64,000 nucleotides of DNA from Macrostomum lignano (taxonomy: Eukaryota), in contig NIVC01003274.1 of NCBI GenBank assembly GCA_002269645.1, forward strand, positions 62,001 to 126,000. The letters are read 5' to 3'. Positions within the stretch are counted from its first letter, which is position 1. Each line of letters begins with the position of its first letter. The notes under the pieces are model-generated. The model was given only the letters and a program-made list of their open reading frames with translations, made no database searches and was not told the origin of the DNA. Both the position numbers and the translations under genes were made by a program. Positions 50,468 through 64,000 of the stretch are shown piece after piece.

Positions 50468-52509
50468 CTTGAAATGATACTACTGTGTCATGCAGTCCTG
50501 TCACGCTGAATACACAGGCTTAAAGCAGTAGTGTTTTTTATGATTTTGCAGTTTTTAAAGATTTTTACTTTTTGCGTTTGTCAATTTAATCTTATCAATT
50601 ATATTGGCCTGTCGAGTCTTAAAATACAGCTGACTTGTTTTCCAGTTTGAAAAAACAGAGAAAACTGTAAAGCTGATTAAACGATTTATTAGTTACAGAA
50701 ACATGCATTGCACTGCACTATTTCACGAAGAAAATTCATGCCCAATGTACAAATTTTTGCATAAAGTGCGAACTACTCATAACATGGTCAGGTGATTTGC
50801 AACTCATTTGAGCCTGAATGTTATTAACAATCCATAAAAAGTCCATAATTATGTATTCAACTCCATAGTATCACGAGTGAATATTTATTTTCGAGCTCAT
50901 AATCAAGTCCAGCTGCCGTTATGGTAAGTTGGTAGGCACTCATAACTTGAAAGATTTGAGCATCTTACGTAATTTAAAACTATCGAAATACCTTAATAAT
51001 TCCCTCTATTCTCTGATTTCGCATGTGTCAGCCAATATGTCTGCTGTCTTTCGCCACTCATTTAGAACTGATTGATGAATGATGATCTCAGTTGAGTGCA
51101 TTTTGGTAAAGCTTGTGTCTTGTTCAGTGCTTTCAGTAATATTTTGTGGTTTCTGCTTGATTTATTAGTCACTGATCGTTGTGAACGTACTCATGCTTGG
51201 ATTCTTATTAATACGAGCAGTGACTGTTCTAGCGGCCATTGCGTAAAAGCGTTGTTAATTGTTTGTTTGAGATTTGAGATCTGAGATTGCGATTGAGATT
51301 TTAGGGAATTGCTGAGATGTGAAGGCTGAGGTCAAAAGCTGATTTGACCACTGATACTATAAACAACGCGTTTATGGTAATCGGTGGATTTGACCAGGAA
51401 ATTGAGCAGAAATTTGAGCAGGGATTTGAGCAGGGATTCGAGCAGAGATTTGAGCAGGGATTTGAGCACATGTTGTTAAGTAAAAACATGTTAACTCTTT
51501 GTTAGCTACCCAAGGTGGGGCGCTGATTGCTAATTTGGAATATAGTTAGATACTCTGACAGCACTGGCAGCAATGGAACCCGCTCAGAGCTAGGCAGACT
51601 GCCTTTATTGCATACTCAGCATCAACACTGAAAAGTCGCCACTCTATGCGCCAGTGAGCAATTTCTCTTGGACTGTTCTGAAATAAAAGATGCGAGAAAA
51701 CTGATCGGGGTAGCTTTAATCCGTCCAACCCTCGCACACCGCTACCCCGACTTCATTCCTCAACTCGAGTCTGCCGCGGTGTAGCTGAGTTGCGTCACTC
51801 GCAAAGATTGAGAAACTTTACCTGCACTCCCAAAAGTGGCGACCACAGACGGAGTCTTCTGTGATGGCGACTTTTCGATGTTGCTGAGCATACAATATCC
51901 AAACAAGAATTCAGTACCGGGGTCTCACTAGGAAATCGCCCAGACTCCATCATCTCGAGAGTGCGTTTTAGTTCTTAATTTGTTAGTTTCAGTTATTTGT
52001 ACTCATTCAATGTGTGCTGAGCTGCAGGAAAGGTGCGACTTGCGTTCCAATTATTCTTAGAAAAGGTACTTCTGGTGCGCCCAATCCTCGAAGTACGATT
52101 ATGTAAAGATGTACAAGCAAATGCCAATGATTTAGTCAGTTGAATCACTCTGGATCTCAAAATCCGCTCTAGACAACATCTGCTCCATCTGGAAAATAAA
52201 TCATGGCCAATGCGACAGCTAAATAGTTCCAACTTCGAGTACAAGTAGTGCATAGCTTACCTGTTCACAGTTTCTTACTGCATAGTCGATGTCTGTATTG
52301 TAAATATAAAATTAGAGAGACTATATATCCACGAGACTTCTATATGACGTGCAAAGAGCATATTTCTGATCTTGGTAATTACTCGTAGATCGTTGAATTA
52401 CCATCAAGCTAAGTTAAGGGGTCTCTTGCAAAACTGCAGGGAGCAGTAATTCTATCTATGTGTAGCTCAGCACATTCACTTGAGTTGTTTGAATCGCCCA
52501 TTTGCAGAA

Positions 52510-56414
<3,905 letters not shown>

Positions 56415-57127
56415 ACTATTTCTATTGTCAATCGCATTCAAGTACCGCCTCTGCATAGGTAATTCTGCAAACTTAGTTTTTTTGATTTAGATAAAACTCA
56501 AAAACTCTAAGTACTTCAGATTAATAATGATGCCTAGTAAAAGGCTGAAATGATTTGTGTTTTATTAACGTATTGATTTTCAGTTTAGTGCTAATCATAT
56601 TTACTATCGATATTATTCATGTATATAAATTGAGTATAAGCCAGTCGGTGTTTATCATTATTTTTTAACTAAACACACAAATTGATCAATTCATTTTTAC
56701 AGTGTAAACGGGTTCAATTTTTTTATTAGCATGAGACATTTTAAAACACTGAGAGGAGCTATTTACTACCTACCAGGCAGATGCTTGGCTTGAAGTAAAT
56801 CCTGATTTCTGCGTCAGCTGCTTTGGCTATTACAGAATACAGAGTCACAGAGTAATAAATAAGCCAAACTGACTAAATTCAAATGTAAGGATTCAAAACA
56901 TTCACATAAATGCTTAAAATAGCCTTAGTAAAAACAGTCCATTTTTCAGGGACATTAACTGTAGCAGCAGTTCAAGGCAATCGTCGGAGAGGCGGCATAT
57001 TGATGTAAACAAAGCAGGCAGTCATAAAATCTTCAAGTCCAAGCTGCATCCATCGCACACTGCGTAAAACTTTTAAGTAAAAATCGACATTAGCGAAAGC
57101 TTTCTTTAGCTAAATATTAGATTTTCA

Positions 57128-60100
57128 ATGAAGGATTTTTACAAATTGCTGCAGTTGTTGCTGCTATGCAACACGAGATTCACCGCCAGCAACCCAGACT
57201 GCTCCTCCACGAGTCAAGCCGGTGAGGCCAGCGAATTTAGCACGTAAAATGCATATCAACTCCAGCTAACACAGAGATTGAAAGTAAGCACTATCTACTC
57301 TTTTCCAGTGACAGTGCAGCTGAGCAGGGCTGACGTTCTGCGCACCTGGCAACCCAGCGGTGCGCACTGCCGTTGGTGGGAGAGTCGACAGTCAGAGACA
57401 AACCGATTCCCTGCTGCTGTGCGGTCCGGGCCTCGGTGGCTTGTGATGCAGCTGACGCAGCCGATGATGCTGGAGGCGGTGAGCGTGCGAGACTGGGGTG
57501 AGTGACGCTGACCGACTCATTCTCATGATGCATGATGAGGCAGAGGGAGCCTTGGACCCAAAGTGTGAGACAGTGTGATGCTAGCATCTAATTAGCACTC
57601 TGAGACAGTGTGAGACCAGCTAGTATCTAATTAGCACTCTGAGACAGTGTGAGACCAGCTAGCATCTAATTAGCACTCTGAGACAGTGTGAGACCAGCTA
57701 GCATCTAATTAGCACTCTGAGACAGTGTGAGACCAGCTAGCATCTAATTAGCACTCTGAGACGGTGTGAGACCAGCTAGCATCTAATCAGCACTCTGAGA
57801 CAGTGTGAGACCAGCTAGCATCTAATTAGCACTCTGAGACAGTGTGAGACCAGCTAGCATCTAATTAGCACTCTGAGACAGTGTGAGACCAGCTAGCATC
57901 TAATTAGCATCTAATTAGCACTCTGAGACAGTGTGAGACCAGCTAGCATCTAATTAGCATCTAATTAGCACTCTGAGACAGTGTAAGACCAGCTAGCATC
58001 TAATTAGCACTCTGAGACACTATGATACCAGCTAGCATCTAATAAGCACTCTGAGACAGTGTGAGACCAGCTAGCATCTAATTAGCACTCTGAGACAGTG
58101 TGAGACCAGCTAGCATCTAATTAGCACTCTGAGACAGTGTGAGACCAGCTAGCATCTAATTAGCACTCTGAGACAGTGTAAGACAAGCTAGCATCTAATT
58201 AGCACTCTGAGACAGTGTGAGACCAGCTAGTATCTAATTAGCACTCTGAGACAGTGTGAGACCAGCTAGCATCTAATTAGCACTCTGAGACAGTGTGAGA
58301 CCAGCTAGCATCTAATTAGCACTCTGAGACAGTGTGAGACCAGCTAGCATGTAATTAGCACTCTGAGACAGTGTGAGACCAGCTAGCATCTAATTAGCAC
58401 TCTGAGACAGTGTGAGACCAGCTAGCATCTAATTAGCACTCTGAGACAGTGTGAGACCAGCTAGCATCTAATTAGCACTCTGAGACAGTGTGAGACCAGC
58501 TAGCATCTAATTAGCACTCTGAGACAGTGTGAGACCAGCTAGCAGCCAAGCACTCGTGTTGCAGATGGCCAGTGGCACGCAGCAGCTCCAGTCGGCTCGC
58601 CTGTGTCAGCGGTCGGAGCCTCGAGCCTCCCGCTGGAGCTGCAGCTGGAGGATCCGTGCCGCGCCAGCTGGGAGGCCTTCGGCAGCAGCGACCGCTGGAG
58701 GCAGATTGGGGTGAACGGAGTAGATCAAGTAAGCTGCTTCATTTGAATTATCTTATCATAATAATGAAATTAATAAATCCATCCATTTCACACTTCAGCC
58801 CGTAGTTCGTTTCCTTGTGCTAAGTAGCTTGAGAACTGCTGGACTTAGCTGGAGGGCCGTCTCATTAACAGGTTCCAAAGAGACTTTTAAATTTTATGAA
58901 GTTATCACTGAATCATAGCTTATTGTGAATTAAGTGCTTTAGAAGCAGGTGCAATTTTTCTTGTAGGTCGCTTTCTACCGCTGAGCCTCACAGTAACTGA
59001 CAACCGTTTTTGCCCTCTGAGAGACCTGTCCGCCTTGCACGATGGAGTTGAAGCCTGCTTCTCTGTTTCAAGATGTACCAGCGAATCAATTCAATGCTTC
59101 TTTAACCTAAGCAATGGCGCAACTCTGGAGCCGAGACTGGTCTGCTCAACTCTTCTTTATAGCGTGCTATCAATACTTCTTCTTGCACTGACTTGATACA
59201 AAATTCGCTTTTTCAGCTACGAAGCCAAAAGCAGCAAGCTGAATTCGAGTTCACAGCCAATTTCTCGCTGCACGGAGCACTGCTCACCTGTCTTCTGCCT
59301 GATCGGCCAGGGATTCGAATCGAGCAGACCATTGGAATCGTTGGTGAGAAAGAAGTGTCTGCCTGAGTTAAAAAATGTATTTTAAGTCCGCTTTGAAGAT
59401 TACAAAGCGAAACATGCACTTTTCAGTCACACCAAGTGTTGAACTGTCGTTATCAACCGTGTGGGTGATTGGTCGCAGAGCCAAGGTGCACTTTTTCTCA
59501 AGCCCAGCTTATCCTCCTCAGCAGCACAGGTGCCAAATTATCTCTGGCAGCAGCACCTGGGAACTGAATGAGCATTTTAGTAAGGTAAGTAGTATTATAT
59601 TATTGTTGAAAATGCTGTACCTTGCCCAATCATGTACTTTTCCATGAAATAAACTTCCAGACTAGACAGGCTTATATCAGGAACAGCATCAACATGTCGC
59701 TAACTGAAGTAAAGTCTGAATTTGTTGTCACAGTCACGTCAGACATGCTGAATGGCACCGTGAGATGCAGTAGCAGCTATAAAAGTACAAGTCAAGGAGA
59801 AGTCATGAAAGATATCGTTATTTCAAGCATCAGCGGTAAGTGCTTGCATTAGAGAATCTCCTATACGCCCGATTGGAAGAGCCATAAAATCTCCTCATTT
59901 CAGAGCCTTGCACAACTGCCATTCATGTAGACAACATCCAGTACTCGTATCAGGTTGTACAAGTGACGTCACTGAAGTGCAGCATTTGGAATGTTCAGCA
60001 CAGCTGCTGGCTTGTCAAGCCCAAAGAAGATGTCCTGGAGCATCTAATTAAGCTTGCTGTACGGTTCTTTGATTTTGTAATAATGCTTTTTATTCAGAAG

Positions 60101-62491
60101 TTACTGCAACAATATCTGATGTCTTCTATTGCAGCAAGACGGCTTCAGCAGCACTCACAGGTTGAATATTATGAAACAAGAGCAGAAAAGAGACTGGCTA
60201 GTGAGATGCAGCGTTAATCAGTCGGGAGTGACATACCCGGATGTGGAAATTGAGTTAGCAAGCGATGATGACAGTGAGTCAAACGATGCATTCAATCACT
60301 TTTAATTGTTCCAATGCAAGTTCAAAGGTTTTTTACCACTTGAATCTACACTACACGTAGCTACATTTGTACTCGTATTAATACGAGCGTAATGCAAGAG
60401 ACCTGCGAGCACCCCGACGCTACGTCTTGGGCGACCTTGTCCCGCAATCAGCTGCCCGTTCCGCTCACTCCTGATCACATACGAGCGTACGAGCGCCTCA
60501 ATACTGCACACAGGCACGCACTCATACGCACGCTCCCACAGGGTGTACAGCGGCCCTGACTTTCTAAGCCTCAGGCATGTACCTCTCTGTGCCTTAAGGG
60601 CTGGTCCTCATGAGCACTGAGCACGTTTGCTCTACCCACCTCCAGAATAAAAACAACTGAGCGTTTTTAATCTAATAAACTGTACTCGTTCGTATTCTGT
60701 TGGCTGCCATTGAAGCGACTTTTGATAACAGTCAACCCACAGCCAGCGTGGAGTCGACCCAAATTAATTGGTCATTCCACATGTCAGCACTCGAGAGTGC
60801 TTACTTAAACAACTATTCTTAATCGTTAAATTTTCAGGTAGTGTATCTTCATTTGCTTATTACCCCTCGTAACTTTGAGGTTGTAACTGTTGCGAGCCTG
60901 TGTTCGATTTGTAACTACTCTGCCACTTATCAACCCAACTGTCTTCAGCTTTCTACTATCAGTGGGGACTGAGTTGCATAATTTTGCTGATTTTATCTGC
61001 CCTCGGCCTCATCCTGAGCTGCATGATTATTCGAAGAATTCGCCGCGCTAAATCAGCAAAGCCAAACTCGACTTCAAGTAGAAGTTCGACATTCCCAGGA
61101 CGACGTACCCTCCTCTCGAGTGCGGCCACCTCGCCGCAGGCACAGGTAGGGCTAGCCACAGATTTAGTTTGTACATTAAAACACGCATGTAAGTGTCAAA
61201 TACTGGTGTTTTGATGAAGAATAGCTGTAAACTTAAAAGAAAATTCTAGCTACCAGGGGTTGTTTTGGCTATTCGCTCAAGCACTTTTGCTTCTGGCTTT
61301 TGCCTGAAACTGAAGCTCTTTCTTAGATTAGCGTGGACACAGATTGCCTGGTAAATAGCGCTGCTTATCTGATCAGATTTATGTGTGCACAAATGCAAAC
61401 TACTAATTAGAACTTCCCTCAGCCTGAACCGCAATATTACCTAAGTCCATATGACTGTAAAATCCAGCAGTGAATTCCGGTGCATCTAATATCTGCTTTG
61501 TTACAGCTATATTTATTTTTGTTTCTTTAAAGGTTCAATTCCCATTCTAAATAGTAATATAGTAGAGATACTCGTATTCTGTTGAGTTTGTGAAATGAGT
61601 TGCGATTGCTTTCACTCAAGCGTGCTATGGCCTGTACGAGCACGGGTATTGTATGAAGCCGTAGCCCATTGGTCAATCATGGATGAATAAAACCATGGGT
61701 CTAGTGCGGCGCTCTGATGTGTCAGCGGCCCAGGCTCGATTCCAAGTGCAGTCACAATAATTCGGAGCTAAATTGGAATCTCGGCTTGGCTCTGCTCGTG
61801 CAAGTAACGCCCCTGATCAGGGCCAACCCCCAAAACACAGTGAAGTGTACATGCCTAACGATAGATAAAGTTAGGGCTGCTGTACACTCCTGTGTGAGTG
61901 AGTGCCTGTGCGTTTGACTGCGTACGTATCTGAGCGCTTGTGTGCATGCAGCTCAGGGGAGTCGGCGGAATGGGCAGTAATGCCTCTCGCCGGTTGTGTG
62001 ACAATGTCGTCTAAAGTGCACCATGGGTGCAAACAGCTCCTTGCCTGTAACAAAAAAATGGCCCTTATATTCCGTAGCCCAGAATCATGAGCAGGCTGAA
62101 CTGCTAGATAGACAAGGAAAAAGCTGGCGTGATCAAAGTAATCTGTTAAATTTCTCGCCTCTAAGGCCTACTAAAGTATCATGTTAAAATTCTTCGAAAG
62201 AAATGACTCTGAATAACATAAATCAATCGTTTCCACCCCCAGCGAGCGGCACCACAGCTCAATCATCATCAGGTTGATTCCTCGCAGTCAGTGAGCAGAG
62301 GCGGTCCACCACCTGCAGAAAGCAGCTGCCGCGGCTATGAAAGCCAGCCAACCAGCAGTCAGGAGATCGACCCAGTGTACGAAGAAGTATCTTTGTGTGT
62401 CTACAGGCCGGTGCACCCTCTGCCGCGGTACCCACGGCAGTTCTCAGAAAAAAATTGTCGACACGCCTACTATTCCAGTCGGTTTGATTGA
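57128..62491 (+). CDS. Family-1 receptor C2, near-identical paralog of C1; apparently intact
   Basis: Same exon structure as C1 (exon 1 57128-57221, exon 2 57309-57497, TM exon 60949-61145, last exon 62243-62491). Confidence 0.8.
57565..58542. repeat. 39-bp intronic minisatellite, ~25 units (intron 2 of C2)
   Basis: Same unit as in C1 and D. Confidence 0.97.
61656..62056 (+). mobile_element. tRNA-derived SINE family 1 (intronic in C2, syntenic with 23881)
   Basis: Same head insertion and body as the 23881 copy. Confidence 0.75.
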
Positions 62492-62929
62492 GACTCTTGA
62501 GCACACTCTGTAGGAACCATTAAATGGAATGCACTGCAAACGGAACTACGAGTATGTTCAGTAATCATTCTGATTCTACAAAAGTAGGGATTGCTTCATC
62601 ACTTTTATTGGTAGCTATTTGTGTTACTAATATTATCATTATTAAATGCGACACACCCAGTGTTTTGAGTTTTATTTTTTACGATATTATTTCAGGCAAC
62701 CTTACATACACAGCGAAATAAGAAATTAGAAAAAAGCTTGTGCGTAACGTTTTTGGCGCAATTCAGAACTTAAATAGAATCTCATATGCGCAAACAAATT
62801 ATTCGAGATTCTTTTCGGTACCGATATGAAGCCTCACCGCAGTTGCATTCTGGCCTGCGTCATGCCTTTGATGTATTTTTGGGATTTCCATTATAAGAAG
62901 GACCAGATAGAGAATCTAGCGCATGACTG

Positions 62930-63105
62930 CGGCGAGAGAGGAGATGCAAGAGAGAAGAGAGGAGAGAGAGTAGAGGAGAGAGAGTAGAGGAGAGAGAGTA
63001 TAGGAGAGAGAGTAGAGGAGAGAGAGTAGAGGAGAGAGAGTAGAGGAGAGAGAGTAGAGGAGAGAGAGTAGCGGAGAGAAGAGAGGAGAGAAGGGAGCTG
63101 AGAAG
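62930..63105. repeat. Purine-rich 14-bp repeat (GAGGAGAGAGAGTA)n
   Basis: Direct reading; a shorter GA-rich tract lies at ~25130-25200 in the paralog. Confidence 0.85.
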
Positions 63106-64000
63106 AGACACAAGCCTTGTGCGGACTGGATTGCTATTTTGATGTTTCAAAGGACCCTGATGTCTTGATAGAGAGACTTTGCAGGCCGCATGTGACTCAG
63201 GGGGCCGGATTTTTTCGACTCCTAGTTGTTCTATAGAGTAATTAGATAGAAAATATCCTCTGTTTTTTAAACTCGAAACTATATCTCAGATTTTCCGTTT
63301 AAGCTCATCACGGGAAGGAAATATAAAAGCTCCAACTGCACTTGAGAAACAGGGAGTGAACTTTACTTTCTCCCACCACATGGCACTTTGGGCAGGTCTT
63401 ATTCTCGTATGGGAGAGGATGTTTTGACTCGCAGTTGTCATTGTTTCGCAGACCAGTTTATGGTTTGTAACAGCTAGGTTGCGCCAGAATTCTGGATTGT
63501 AAATTTCTAGAAAATATTGTACCTTTATGCAGTTGAGTAGTACCATTTGAAGCTTTAGTAAAAGTGACTTTGCAGAGTTCTCTACTCTTTAATTGTCTCC
63601 AGTGTCTCGCGAATTCCAGTTCAAAAGTTTCGCATCATTTCGCTGTTCATTTCAGTTTTAAAGCCAACCTCACTGTTAGCGATTTGCTAGAGAGACCCGG
63701 TACTGAATAATTCTCTCCTCAATATTTCATATTAAAGAGTCTGCCCAGCTCTGAACGGCCTCAGCTACTGTCAGTATTATGGCTAACTTGTCAAATTGCC
63801 TAGCAAGATCTGAAATTCATCCATTTAGTTCAACTTCCGTCGGTCCAAGTGTCCCCACGTCGTCGAAGGCTAAGAGGAAATTATGACATAAAATTTTGAT
63901 TCCGGAAATTTGAGATGCCAGAAAACATCACACAGGCCCATTGAACATTAATATAATTGGTTTCATGTTCTGCAGCTATAGTGTTAGCCTAGGGGGGTGT

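Overview
Eukaryotic (animal) genomic DNA with short spliceosomal introns and very dense micro/minisatellites. The style suggests a flatworm such as Macrostomum, but that is an unverified impression. The window is a tandem, all-plus-strand cluster of two interleaved multi-exon gene families, reconstructed by eye from splice signals, intron phases and paralog comparison. Family 1 has six copies (A <1-5813, C1 19455-24705, F ~26874-28466, D 30378-34875, E 39040-43551, C2 57128-62491). It encodes type-I membrane proteins: signal peptide, discoidin/F5-8C-like N-terminal domain, 3-4 C2-set-like Ig domains, a TM helix and a cytoplasmic tail with tyrosine motifs (YDYP, ITIM-consensus SVYLVL, VYEEV, YVN). 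Family 2 has three copies (B1 ~14153-18741, B2 36541-37477, B3 ~52510-56414). It encodes a signal peptide, a CUB-like exon, a divergent C-type lectin domain and a hydrophobic (GPI-like) C-terminus. Region ~1-25.4 kb is a segmental duplicate of ~40.8-63.5 kb. The cluster shows birth-and-death evolution, mosaic paralogs and apparent gene-conversion tracts, resembling an invertebrate immune/allorecognition receptor complex. Mobile elements: a near full-length RNase H-bearing LINE (44231-49971, minus), a solo LTR, a Helitron-like element carrying two satellites, a mariner remnant and two tRNA-derived SINE families. Most long ORFs in the supplied track are repeat artefacts.
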